Below, one piece after another: positions 44,799-57,499 of a stretch of 64,000 bases of DNA. Made by a program: the position numbers and the translations under genes. Numbering within the stretch: the stretch's first letter is position 1; every line of letters begins with the position of its first letter. The notes under the pieces are model-generated. The model ran no database searches and was not told the origin of the DNA. It saw nothing but the letters and a program-made list of their open reading frames with translations. Source of the DNA: Azolla caroliniana (Eukaryota; Plantae; Polypodiophyta); assembly GCA_043228905.1 (NCBI GenBank), contig JBHGNT010000012.1:13950001-14014000 (forward strand), written 5' to 3'.

Positions 44799-47700
44799 TC
44801 TTCTTTTCCAACTCCCAGTCGGCAATCGTCTTGTCCTCCATGAAGATAATATCTCGACTCCGGAATACCTTCTTGTAAACCAGGTCCCACACTCGGTAGT
44901 CAAACTCATCATCACCGTAACCGAGGAATATGCATGGCCGGGTCTTTGGATCTAACTTTCCTCTCCGGTCCTTAGCTACATGCACGTACGCGAGACACCC
45001 GAACACCTTCAGATGCCGGTAGGATACTTCCTTACCGGTTCACACTCTCTGTGGCATGTCTCCGTCCAAGGGTACTGAGGGTGATCTATTTATCACATAT
45101 GTCGCCGTCGACAATGCCTCAGCCCAAAACTTCTTGGGTAGTTTTGCATGAGCTAGCATACTCCGGACCCTCTCCATTATGGTCTGGTTCATCCTCTCGG
45201 CCAGTCCGTTTAGTTCCGGCATCTTCGGCACGGTAAATTCGAGCCAGATTCCCTTCGAGCGGCAGTACTCCTCGAACTGCCCCCGGTATTCTCCTCCGTT
45301 ATCTGCTCGAACCGCCTTCAGCTTCCGGCCGGTTTCTCTTTCCACTCTCGTGTGGAGCTCTTTGAAGACGGATAGCACCTGATCCTTCGTCTTCAACGGT
45401 GTGGCCCACAACTTCCGATTGTGGTTATCTATGAATGTCACGAAGTACTGCGCTCCGGCATGTGACTTCGTGTCTACCTGACACACATCCGTATGCACCA
45501 ACTCTAGTGGTGCAGTACCTTTCATCGGTGGCCTTGGTCGGAAGGAGGTCCGGTTTTGCTTACTGGCCAGACAATCAGTGCACTTCTCCAAGTGCACGTT
45601 CTTCACTGGAATGAGGTTGTTGTCTGCAAGCCTCTTCATCCCCTTCTCACTCATATGACATAGCCTCTTGTGCCACAGCTCACTGGCAGTGTCGGATGCA
45701 ACATTCACTTCTTCCGGACATAACCGAGCATTCATCAAGTACAGTGTGTTGACCTTCCCGGCCCGAGCCACAATCAGGCTCCCTTTGCTGAACTTCATGA
45801 CACCGTTCCGGATGCTACCCGTGTAGCCTTCATCATCTAGCCGACCGGCTAATATCAGGTTCAGACGAACCTCCGGAACATGTCGGACATCCTTCAGCAG
45901 CAACTTGCATCCGGTTGGTGTTGTCAGCCACACGTCTCCTATGCCGACAATTCGGCATGTACCTTCATTCCCCATCCGGACACAGCCGTGATCACCGGCT
46001 GAGTAGGATGAGAAGCATTTCCGGTCCGGGGTAAGGTGGAATGACGCTCCGGAGTCTACCACCCAGGTCATCTCATCGCCGGCAAGGTTTATCTCACTCT
46101 CCTCGGTGATGAGCATCAACTCTTCTTCACTTGCCGCGATTGCCGTCGTTCCCTTCCGGTCCGGCCCCCTCCGGTCTTTACCGTTCCGGTCCGGGGTCCG
46201 CTTCGAATCGGTACCGTCGGTCTCCTTATCCTTTCGGAAATGCCGACAGTTCTTCTGGAAGTGTCCCGGCTTGCCGCAATAGAAGCAAGTGGGTCTTCCC
46301 CTTGACTTTGACCGCGTCCCTGACTTTCCCCGGTTCTGGGGGCTACGGTTCCTTTGTCTTCCGCGTTCCGATTCGGTAAGGAGCGCTTTGGAGTCGGAGC
46401 TCGTATCTTTGTCTTTCCAACGCGCCTCCTCATCTAGCAAGCTCGACTTTACTCTTGCTAGGGATAACCGCTTTCCTTCCGGCCCGGCGTTGCCCAAAGT
46501 GACAACCAACGTTTCCCAGCTATCCAGGAGGGAACCGAGCAGGAGTAGCGCAAGTACCTCATCAGCGAGAGGTACTTCCAATGAAGTTGCCTGGTGAATC
46601 AGCCCCTGGAAGGCATTCATGTGCTCCGCCATGCTGGAGCCATCTTGGTACTGGAGTCTTACTAGCTTCCGGAACACCGAAACCTGATTAACAGCATTTT
46701 TGTTTTGAAACATAATGCCGATCTTCTCCCAGAGCTCATGAGAAATATTTACGGTCTGGGGTAAGGTGGAACGATGCTCTAGAATCAACAACCCACATTG
46801 TCTCGTCGCCGGCAAGGTTCAACTCATTCTCCTCGGTGATGAGCATCAACTCTTCCTCACTTGCCACGATTGTCGTCGTTCCCTTCTGATCTGTTCCCCT
46901 CCGGTCTTTACCGTTCCGGTCCGGGGTCCACTTCGAATCGGTACCATCAGTTTCCTTGTCTTTTCGGAAGTGCCAACAGTTCTTCTGGAAATGTCCCGGC
47001 TAGCCGCAATAGAAGCAGGTAGGCCTTCCCCTTGACTTTGACCGTGTCCCCGACTTCTCCCGGTTTTGGGGACTACAGTTCCTTTGTCTTCCACATTCCG
47101 ATTCGGTAATGAGCGCTTTGGAGTTGGAGTTCATATCCTTGTCTTTCCGACGCGCCTCCTCATCTAGCAAGCTCGACTTCACTCTTGCTAGGGATAACCG
47201 TTTCCCTTCCGACTCGGCTTGCCCAAAGTGACAACCAACGTCTCCCAGCTATCTGGGAGGGAACCGAGCAGGAGTAGTGCTATAACCTCATCGGCGAGAT
47301 GTTGCCTGGTGGATCAGCCCCTGGAAGGCATTCATGTGCTCCGCCGAAATACCGAAATACCGAAACCTGATTAACAACATTTTTGTTCTGAAACAAAATG
47401 TCGATCTTCTCCCAGAGCTCATGAGCCTTGCTCTCTTCATTGAGGTTGTTGTATAGACTCATGTCGATGAAGCACCGTATGTACGCCGTTGTCTTCATGT
47501 GCATCACCTCCCATATCATGGCATCGATTTTGTCCGGTCTCTTGTTCCCGAACTGAACCGGCAACCAAAGATCTTTAACCACGAGCATGTCCCTCATCTT
47601 CGACTTCCACACTGAGTAATTGGAGCCGGTGAGCTTGAACATGCCTCCCAACGAATCGTCTATTTTTCTGTGTCGTTTAGCTCTTATACCAGTTTGACGC

Positions 47701-47877
47701 GAAATACGCGGATTAATCTTCGGCCACAACCAAAGCTTAGATCACTAGATGACAATCAAAAACACAGACAAGATGGGAATGGAGGTAAGTCGACAAGACA
47801 GAAAGAGAATACACAGGATATTAACGTGAAAAACCCTGAGAGGGAAAAACCACGAGAGTCCACAGACTCCAAACTAT

Positions 47878-48585
47878 TGTCAAGAACTACACGCTCTCAA
47901 TGAACAACACTCAGCAACAACCGAGTCTAAATCAAACACAGAAAACGGATAATGAGCGCATGACACAGTGAAGAGAAGAGTACACAGGATGTTAACGTGG
48001 AAAACCCAAACTAGGGAAAAACCACGGCAGCCCACAGACTGCAAACTATCACTATATCAGAATGTACAATAGTAGAGCACCGAGGCAACGACCTCGAGCT
48101 TGCTATCTTCGCCACAGGTGGCGGTTACAACAGAGGCAACGACCTCATCTTCACTCTCTCTCTCTCTTTGTACACTGTTACGCGCTCTAATCTTGCGCCA
48201 ACAAGAATGACAACAACACCCTTTCTAAGTTTGCCCTAAGTCATATTTATAATAATATGACTTTTCGGCTATTTACAAATATAGCCCCGATGGACTCTCC
48301 GAAAACATATTTACGAATATGTCCCTTCATCCGGTGAGCACTTCACATCGGGCCTTCACCATCCAACTCTTGCCGGGTACTTGTCATCCGGTTCTCACCG
48401 GGTCTTCGATAGCCGGGTACTCATCATCCAGTTCTCACCGGGTCTTCCATAGTCGGGTACCTGTCATCCGGTTCTCACCGGGTCTTCCGTAGCCGGGTAC
48501 TCCACATCCGGTTTCGGCCTCGGCCTAGTTTGCTCATCAGTACTGTTCTTCTCACTTCCCATCTGGAGGGACCTATTTCCTAACA
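47878..48585 (-). repeat. Family D solo LTR inserted in a family D LTR, TSD ACTAT
   Basis: ACTAT at 47873-47877 and 48586-48590; removing it restores the LTR consensus AAACTATCACT. Confidence 0.9.
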
Positions 48586-51500
48586 ACTATCACTCTGTAA
48601 AGTAATACAACAGGGAGCACAGAGGCAACGCCCTCTTGCTCACAATCTTCGCCTCGCGGCGGTTACAACAAAGACACAATCTCTGTATATCACTCTCTCT
48701 CTTACGCACTGTACAGAGGTTACACCAATAACTCTATCATCATCCTATTAAGTTTGCCCTAGATCATATTTATACTAATATGACTTTCGGGCTATTTACA
48801 AATATAGGGCCCCATTGGGCTCTCTGGGACATATTTACATATATGTCCCTTCCATCCGATGAGAGGTTCTCACCAGGCCTGCAACATCCGGTTCTCACCG
48901 AGTCTTCCTTGCCGGGTACTCGTCATCCGGTTCTCACTGGGTCTTCCGTTGCCGGGTATTCCACATCCGGTTCTCACCGGGTCTTCCGTTGTTGGGTACT
49001 CCACATCCGGTTCTCACCGGGTCTTCCGTTGTCGGGTACTCCACATCCGGTTCTTCTCACTTCCCATCCAGAGGGACCTATTTCCTAACATCTAGTTGGG
49101 ATGCTTTTACACGCTGCGACACCGCCATTTCCCTTTCTAGTGCCTCTTGTGCTTGCCGTAACTCCCGGATCGCTTCTTTATCTGATTCCCCGTCGGTCCC
49201 GTCCGGTTGCAGCATGTATGGTGATACTGCTTCGGCTACATCAATTTCGAACAGTGGTACGATCTTCGGATTTTCTTGTAAGTATTGATCAACCTCTTCG
49301 TCCGCTAATCCTTCCAACATGTTGACACATTCCGCATATAGCGGCGTCAATTCCTTGCCGGTACCGGACCGTGGTTGAGTTGGTACTCGTACTTTCGCTT
49401 TTCCACACCGAAACGTAATTATATTGTTCCTCCAGTTTTGCTTGATGTGTGTTGTTTTTAACCAAGGGCGTCCCAACAATAGTGGGTAAGCTCCCTGAGC
49501 CTGTAGCTAGAGAACTACTGTGGAAATGCGAAATGTGTGACCCCCGATGGTCACTTCCAGATCATGTATTAACCCGGTCGGCCGTACTGAGCTTGTGTCT
49601 GCCATCCAAAGTCAAAACGGGCATGGTTCCCAGTCATGGATTCCTAGAGTGTTACACATTTGGACGTTGATCACGTTCACGTTGGATGCTCCATCGATAA
49701 TCGTGTCGGGTAGCTCTTTTCCTTTCACGATGGCTGTGATTGTCGGACTGCTCGTGTCTACCACTGCCAGTCGTTCCTCCGAATTTGAAAAGAATGCTGG
49801 AGCCGGTGGTGTGTCGGTTGCCGTCCTTCCTGTCTTCAGTCCTTCCGTGAAGCATGGTACCAGTTGCAATAGCCGGCCTAACAGCAACGTTATTTGGCAT
49901 TCTTGTAACACCTGCCATGTTAGGTTTTCGGGCTGCCCCGGGCCGGTGAGCTCTTTGGCATTCTTCTTTTGTTGTTCGAGATCTGCCGCATTCCGCTCGT
50001 TTGCCTTTTTCACCCATTCGGTTGCCTACTTCCGGATGGCTTCTTGAGTTTCCCACTCCGTCTCTTCGATCGCTATACCGGACATCTTGTGCCGGCCGGT
50101 AGCGCTCCTCTCGCCTCCAATGTTCTTCTTCTTCCTCTCAGTTTCTTCGTGGTTCAATTTTCTAAACCGGTGGTGTTTGCCGATTTAACAAGTTATACTC
50201 ACCCCATTCCATTGTGTGACTTCTAGAGTGGCAAAGCAAGCATTGGGAACGCATGGTGCATTCCAACGCCAAATGTCCGGCATTCATGCATGTCATACAA
50301 TAAATTGCTTGCCGGAAACAGAGGTCCACATTTGTTGGTAGCGCACGCTGAAGTGCGCCCATGGTTAGCCATGAACTTGAGTTTTCCATTTCCCGAACTC
50401 GGTCGATCACTTGATCTATGTTGCTGGTGTGGAAATCAATGACGGTGCACACCGTTCGTAAGGGTTCCCGGAGTGCTGCTAAGAATATGGCCTTTGTTTC
50501 TTCCTCCAGTGGTGTCCGGCTGAGCTCACTGTGGATCCGCTAGAACCGGATGACAAATTGTTGAATGTTCTCCGTTGGTTCCTGTCGGATATTGTAAAAT
50601 AAGCTTACCATTTCCCGTTGTTCCATATCCTTGTGAAAGAGATGCAAAAACTTTGTCTTTAATGTTTCAAACGTGGGGATGGTGTTGGGATCTTGTGTTC
50701 GGTGCCATCTAGCGACCGGTCCCTCTAGGGTCATGCCGAACTCTGCCCTTTTTGAGGGTTTCTCTTCAGCCGCATTTAAGCGTTGGGACACATGGTTTGC
50801 CTCCCAGGTCTGCTGAAACGCATGGACGTGAGCTTCCGCGTCCAGATCATCCCGGTATCTGGGATATTGGAACGGCATATCGTCGTCTGGTGTTGGTACG
50901 CGGCCTGGTGGTGTTGGTGGTCGTTCCTCCTCCTCTGTCGGTGTCGGAGGTCTTTCCCGGTCCTCTGTCGCCGTCGGAGGTCTTTCCTGATCCTCTTTCG
51001 GTGTCGGAGGCTTCTCCTCCTCGACTTCCGGTGTCGGAGGGCTCTCTTCCTCGACTTCTGGTTCCGAAGTGTGGTCGACTTCCGGTCTGTTTGGGGTGTC
51101 GTTCCTGCTCCGGTAGTTTGTCTGCGCGCTGTATTCCCCTTCCAAATCCGATTCAAAAGCCGAAATTGCTTCGGATTCGCCTTCGCCCGTTGCCAATGCC
51201 TGGAGAAGGGATTCTGCTTCCCGAAGGCTGCTTAGGCTGCTTCCTTCGTCCGGGTAGTCATTTTGTGGTAACCGAAGTGACTCCTTGGCCACTCTCCGGA
51301 TCACCTTGGAAAATGAGCGATCCGCTTTGATTTCTTCTGCCACTTGCTGGAAAGCCTCTCGCTTCCTTAGTTGTTCAGCCAGTCTCCTTGCTCGCTCCAT
51401 AACCGGGTCGTTCGTTGGTCTAGTCATCCATTCCCGCCGATGTTCGTTGCGATTGTGCAGGAGTCGTGGTCGTCAAAAACTGTGTTAATCCTTAGGGCCG

Positions 51501-54003
51501 GACAATGGCCTAACACAGGGTTTCTACGAAAGACACTTCACACAAGGGGTGTTACGGCGAGATTATTAAGACACAACGATTTATCAGACTTAATTGGCTA
51601 CTTAGCAATATGGCATTAAATTCGATACACACGTATGATAGAACAATTAGTACAAAACGGTAATCAACACTTAAAGATAAAACAAGAAGCTCTATTAATT
51701 ATCTGTCAAAGTTTTACATTGTAACTGAGCCTTTAGATAGGTCACCGGTGCTGAGTACAAAACGGTGCCAACCGGCACCTGTTGGGAACTGGTCTGGATC
51801 CGGATCGGCATACCGATTCCGAATAACAATCCCTTTCACATTCTGTTCTTTAACTCCTTTGCGCTTATCGTGGCACTGGCACTCCGAAAAGCGGTTTACG
51901 GTAAGAAGGTCCCGATTTACGTGATCGTAGACACGAACCCGACCGGGATAGGATGGGTGATCAACCATGAGGACAAGAACGGCGCGAGGTTCCCCAACCG
52001 GTTCGGAGCAAAGGTACTTAGTGAGCGACAGAGAGGATACGCCCAAGGCTGACAAAGACTACTTGATCGGGACGGAGGTGATAATCGAGACGTACTGCCT
52101 ACCAATCCTCAATATGGTTTCCGGATGCGCGACGCCGGACCTGGCAATGCTCAGGTGGATCACATACATTAAGTCCCTGAATCCAGAGATACGGCACATC
52201 TTCGAGAAGGACAACGCCATGGCCGACATGCTTTCGAGAGCGCGGTTTGATGAAGAAGAAGACATGGTTTCGAAGGACGAGGAAGTTGGAGTGGACTTCT
52301 TCGAGTCGGCTTACGTGACGACGAGGGACAGGAGCACTCCGGCGCTTAATGAGTTTGACGAGGGCGAGTACGATGGGGACTGGCTCCAGATTGGCAAGTT
52401 CCTAAATCGCTGACGTCGGACGCGACGTGGACGAGAGAAGAGGCTAACCGGATCTGGAAGAAAGTGTACTGGTTCTTCCTACAAGACGGAAGCATATGGA
52501 AACACCCGAAGAAGCGAGGCGGCGTCCCACTCCGAGTAGTGGCGAAGAAGGAAGAGCAGGAGGCGTTGCTAATGGCGTATCGTGAGAGTCCTTGGGCCGG
52601 ACATCGCGGGACGTGGGCCATGTTCGAAAAGCTGAAGGAGAAGTATTGGTGGTCGGGATTGTACCAGGACGTTCATCAGTTCATAACGACTTGCGAGAGT
52701 TGCCAAATGCACTCCGCGATCCGACATCGAGACGAGCTACACCCAACCTACCCGCCAACCGGCCACTTCAAATGGATGGTGGACTTAGTGACGATGCCAA
52801 TGGGGGTAGGGCAGATGCAGTACCTAGTGCTAGCGCAAGAGGACTTGACGAATCAAGTGGAGGACCGCGCATTGCTGAACAAGACGACTGCAGTCGTGTG
52901 CCGGTTCCTAATTGAGGAAGTGGTGTGCTGGTACAGGTGCGTGGGAAATATCGTGGCTGACCAGGGGGAGCTAGATGCGCAGGAAGCCGACGAGAACCCT
53001 AAACCAGCTAGGGGTCAAGCTTTCCCTCGCTACGGCGTACAATTCGAAGGTGAACGGGAAGGTAGAGCATGGGCACGGGCCGATTGTGAAGGCGTTAGTA
53101 CGGGCTTGCAAAGGACAAGTCGGGAATTGGCCGCGGCTACTACCTTATGCATTGTAGGCGGACCGAATTACGCATAGTTCGGTAACCGGGTTCATGCCAG
53201 CAGAGCTGATGTATGGGCAGAAGCCGATCATGCCGGTAGAGCGAACGATCTCCTCGTGGGTGGCGGTGGACTGGAGAGACGAGATGAGTCGAAAAGAGCT
53301 ACTAGTTGCGCAGATTCGACAACTTGAACGAAGACTGGAGGACATGGAATGGGCAAAGGCGAAGCTGCATGCGGCAAAGGCAAGGAATAAAAGTTGGTTC
53401 GACCGAACTCACCGGATACGACCGAAGAAGATCAAAGAAGGCGATTGGGTACTGGTTTATGACAGCAGCCTCGACAACCAGCACAAGGCAACACGCAAGT
53501 TTGCGAGAAGGTGGTTCGGGCCTTACGTCGTAACAAGCGCAAACGACAACGACACCTACCATCTCGCAGAGCTCGACGGAACAAGGATACTTGTGCCGGT
53601 GGCCGGGAAGAGGATTAAAGCATTCAAGAAGCGGCACGAGGACAAACTGGACCCAAGGGGCGTAGACGATGACTAGACCGGAGCAAATACAAATTCGGAG
53701 AGCGAAGGGTGAACACGAGCCGGTTTTCTCCGGCATTTGTCCCTCTCCGGCACATACCAGTGGATGCACGGTTTGGTGGGGGTGGATGTCATGAAGAAAA
53801 CCGGCCTTAGGCGGAATCAGTGTAAAAGGTGCATGAACCGGCCCTTACGCGCGGGCACAAGGATTGATAAGTTGTACATAATTAGGAATAGGTCGTCTCA
53901 TGTAAATGTATTAGGTAGTACACATTTAGCACATTGGCACAGTGCCGAATCCTCAGTCTTTCGGGGTTTGGCTCAAGGGGGTTGTGGTCAGGAATGCGGG
54001 GTA

Positions 54004-54473
54004 TGTCGTAACCATATTACGGATGACTATATACTGAGCATGTGGTTGTTAACTCAATTGTGGATATTGTGGATATTAGGAAGACTGCTACAACTGACCT
54101 CTTACGCAATAGCATGTGCAACGTATATGACTCGACACAGAAAATGAACTCCACAAGAACAAATATGAAGAGTTACAAGAACATGAAGTCAGGCAAATAG
54201 AAATTATATTGCAGATGCTTGGATACAAAATTATCTCTAGCTATTACAAGTTGTCCATGCCCTTTATATACACAGTTGTGGTCGGTTATGCTCGGCACGT
54301 GAGCCGTTTCTCTTTCTAAACATATTAATTACACTTCGGTTATCCCTACACTATGACTGTTACTCCCTCTTCATTACGCTACGGCCCCACATGTCGTCTT
54401 CCCTAGCCGTAACTGTCCCTTTTTCTTTTCTCCTTCTCGACCTTTCTCACTTGGTCGTCCAAGGCGGCCAACA
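54004..54473 (-). repeat. Probable LTR of an unassigned family
   Basis: TG..CA-type termini and TATATAAAGGG on the minus strand; no TSD found. Confidence 0.45.
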
Positions 54474-54862
54474 CCAAACATTTACGTTTATAATAAGAAT
54501 AGTGTCTCGGGTCATTTATCATATTTTTAACAACAACTCGATGAAATCTTAAATGATTTCATGATGTTTTTCCGAGTGAACTACAACATGGGTTACCTCC
54601 TAAATGTAATATAGAACATCGTATAGATATTGTACCTGGCATTGCACCATTGAGTATACCTTCGTACAACTTAAGTCGATTTGAAGAAGATGAGGTATCT
54701 ATGCAACTCAATGGCTATTTATGAATAAGTTATATATATTATGTTCCCTTGGTAAAAAAGAAAGAGGGCACATGGCATATGTGTATTAATTACCAACACT
54801 TGAATAAAGTGACGATCAAGAATTCATATCCATTGCCCGGGGCTGACGATCTGATTGACCGT

Positions 54863-56215
54863 TGTCGTGTGATTCTTCACACACTATATAAAAAATAATG
54901 AAATAATTATTTTAGATTAGATTAGTGGCTTGGTATAAAAAGATAGACATCTTCAAGAGCTTCAAAATGCATTTTACTACATATAAAATGGACAACTACA
55001 TATCAAGTTATGTGAATATAAAGTTTGAAAAGATAAGGAAAATAGAATTGTTAATTATCCCACATAGATAGGAAACCTTAGGATCCAGCTATATAAGCAG
55101 ATTGAGAACGATTAGTTTTCATCTATGTGTTAAGAGCACAAAAGGAATGGTTGGAGTTGGGCCACTTTGTCTAGATGGATAGATGTCGCTAAGTTGCCTA
55201 AACCGGCCAGCGATGGAACTCGAACTGGTCGGCGAAGGAACAGCAACTAGTCGGCGATAGAGCTGACAATTGGCAACTGAAATGAACCTGGAAACTGGCG
55301 ATCGGCGGAACTGGTGACAGGACAGAACCGGCATCTAGACGAAGTTGGAAACCGGACGGCGACGAGACTGGAACTGGAACGACGACCGGACGAAGCCGGG
55401 AACTGGATGGAGCCGGCAACCGGGAGTCGACAACCGATCGAACCGGTGACGGAACGGAACCAGAACCGGTTGGCGATGGAACCAGCGATGAAGTCGGGAA
55501 CCGGACGGCGACCGGAATCGGAACTAGAACCGGACGGCGACCGAACCAGGCTAGACGGAACCGGAACTGGACCGAAGTGGACTGATCAGGCTAGATGCAA
55601 CCAGATGGATCATGCGGTGAACTAAAGTAAAGTAAAGTTTAATATGTGAATGCATGCAACTAAAGTCAAACTTTATGTAAAGTAAAGGTCATGTGGATGC
55701 ATGAAATTGAACCAAAGATGGAAACTAGAGTTTCTTCATGCAAGTGCAAGAAGGGAGGAGAAAAGCTAGCTCTCGATGATCCATCTATAGAGAAGAATGG
55801 TCCTTAGGGGATGAAAACCATCTTTTGGGGGGGAAACCCCTAATTTCCTTACAGAAGCCAAAAACCCTAATTTCTTTACGGAAGGCAAAAACCCTAATTT
55901 CCTTATAGAAGCCATAAACCCTATTTTCCTTACGGAAGCCATATCTCTCAAAAGCCCTAAATTTCTTATCTAAGCCATATCTTGGAAAACCCTAACCCTA
56001 TTTTTTTTTCTTATCGAAGCCTCATAATTCCTTAACTTTTATAATCCCAATCTCGAGATAGATTGTAATTTTTCTCTTTCTTTACTAATAAAGTTTATCA
56101 AACTTTGTCATATCAGTTAATTCTTAATACAATAACACATGAATTTGATATCCTCTGGTCAAAGGCCCCGGGGTCCTACCTCAAGTTCACATATCCTTGT
56201 CATATTTTCGCGACA
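54863..56215 (+). repeat. Long solo LTR, family-A-related, 4-bp TSD CCGT/CCAT, with internal tandem arrays
   Basis: TGTCGTG...GGTCAAAGGCCCCGGGGTCC...CGCGACA; removing it restores the host RT frame (DDLIDR|L*GARYF). Confidence 0.85.
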
Positions 56216-56733
56216 CCATCTATAGGGAGCTCGATATTTTACAAAACTTGATCTCCGTACGAGCTACCATCAAATTCGTATAAGTGAGGAAGATGTTCCT
56301 AAAACGACATTTCGTACACGCTATGGCCATTATGAGTTTTTAGGCATACCTTTTGGTTTGACCAAATTTGCTCTAGCCACATTTCAACAAGAAATGAATT
56401 ACATCTTCCGAGAACAACTTGGAAAATTTGTCGTTATTTTCTTGGATGATATTCTAGTTTATAGTTGTACATTAGAAGAACATATTAAACATGTCCACTT
56501 TGTTTTACAAACATTCCGCGACAATCAAGATCTCAAATCTTGCACATCTCATAACCGAACAAGGAGTTGAAATTTTCCTTCTATCACATCGAGAAAGTCA
56601 AACTTTGGCCCACTCTACGAATATTCGAGAAGTTCAATCATTCCTTGGTTTTGTCGGGTTTTTGCGAAAATCTTTTTGCAATTACTCTCAATTGACAACA
56701 TCATTTACTGATCTTCTAAAAGGTCAAACACGT

Positions 56734-57499
56734 TGTCGTAGTGTAATTCATACACTACGTGAAAAACATATAAAATAACCAATTGAATAAATATGAAGAA
56801 AAGGAAAGAAATATTAAAATATATATTACATGCATAGGGCAAGATTCGAACCTTGTACCTCCATGTTAATAATTTAAAGGCTTACCGTCACACTAACAAG
56901 CCAGTTAAAAAAGTAGATATCCCACATAGAAAGGGTATGTCACGCATATTTTCTAGGAAAAAGGCCTTAGTTAGAAGAAAAATGCATGGTAGAAAAAAAA
57001 GCTACACATGCACATTTAGCGTGCATAAACACTATAGTCGATAAAAAACGCATGAGGTTAAAAAAAGCATGTTAGAGAAAGCATATAGTCTATAGATAGA
57101 GAAAGAATGGAGTCCATAGTTAGAGATAAATCATGGATTGCTAAGACTCTCATATCACTATATATGTGGAGCACAATATAATAAGGGAGAAAAAAAAAAC
57201 AAAATTGGGGTGATTATTAGGGTCTAAATATTGATTAATATAATACTCTTGGGATTCACGAGGTTTTCGATCTCTCTTTTCCAATCTATTCTTATCGATT
57301 CCAATCGAATCCAAAGAATAATTAGGGTTAAATATTAATAAAACTAAAAAACTATATTCGTGGGATTCACGAATTTCTATCTCTCTTTCTCATAATCTAT
57401 TCATAACTATACTCGTCTCAAATTCTTCCTCCTCCTAGTCCAAAACCCCAGCGGTTCCCACCCGACTCACGCAACGATCCGGCGCCGAAAGGCATGACA
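56734..57499 (+). repeat. Solo LTR, family-A-related, 4-bp TSD ACGT/ATGT
   Basis: TGTCGTAG...AGTCCAAAACCCC...CATGACA; host reads KGQTR|KSTKP after removal. Confidence 0.82.

Larger units (their letters stand above)
41365..49090 (-). mobile_element. Ty1/Copia family D (Tnt1/Tork-like) chimeric element
   Basis: 3' LTR 41365-42177; PPT GAAGGGGGAG; RNase H/RT 42188-43700 (LYVDD, TEAEY, HIQRRYH); gag-protease-integrase 44804-47642; PBS TGGTATAAGAGC 47680-47691; 5' LTR 47695-49090 of a different subfamily. Confidence 0.92.
39386..51862 (-). mobile_element. Gypsy family B copy 2: 5' LTR 51483-51862 (truncated), gag-protease 49091-51427, extra-ORF tail 39880-41096, 3' LTR 39386-39826; RT-integrase lost and replaced by a Copia cluster
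   Basis: LTR homology to 6955-7387; gag with two Cys/His knuckles, IIDGASNVN protease, LLGRPWL; PBS-like TGACGACCACGA 51464-51475. Confidence 0.88.
31460..54003 (+). mobile_element. Gypsy family A copy A3, fragmented: 5' LTR end/PBS/gag 31460-32098; protease-RT 38787-39385; RNase H-integrase 51863-53676; partial 3' LTR 53787-54003
   Basis: LTR end CACGACA 31640 plus Trp PBS 31647-31663; pieces are collinear with A1/A2. That all pieces come from one element is an inference. Confidence 0.75.

Noticed and set aside
41092-49095. TGTAG/TCTAG as a TSD for the whole Copia D cluster
   Set aside because: The bounding LTRs are in opposite orientations and the host sequences on the two sides are not contiguous.
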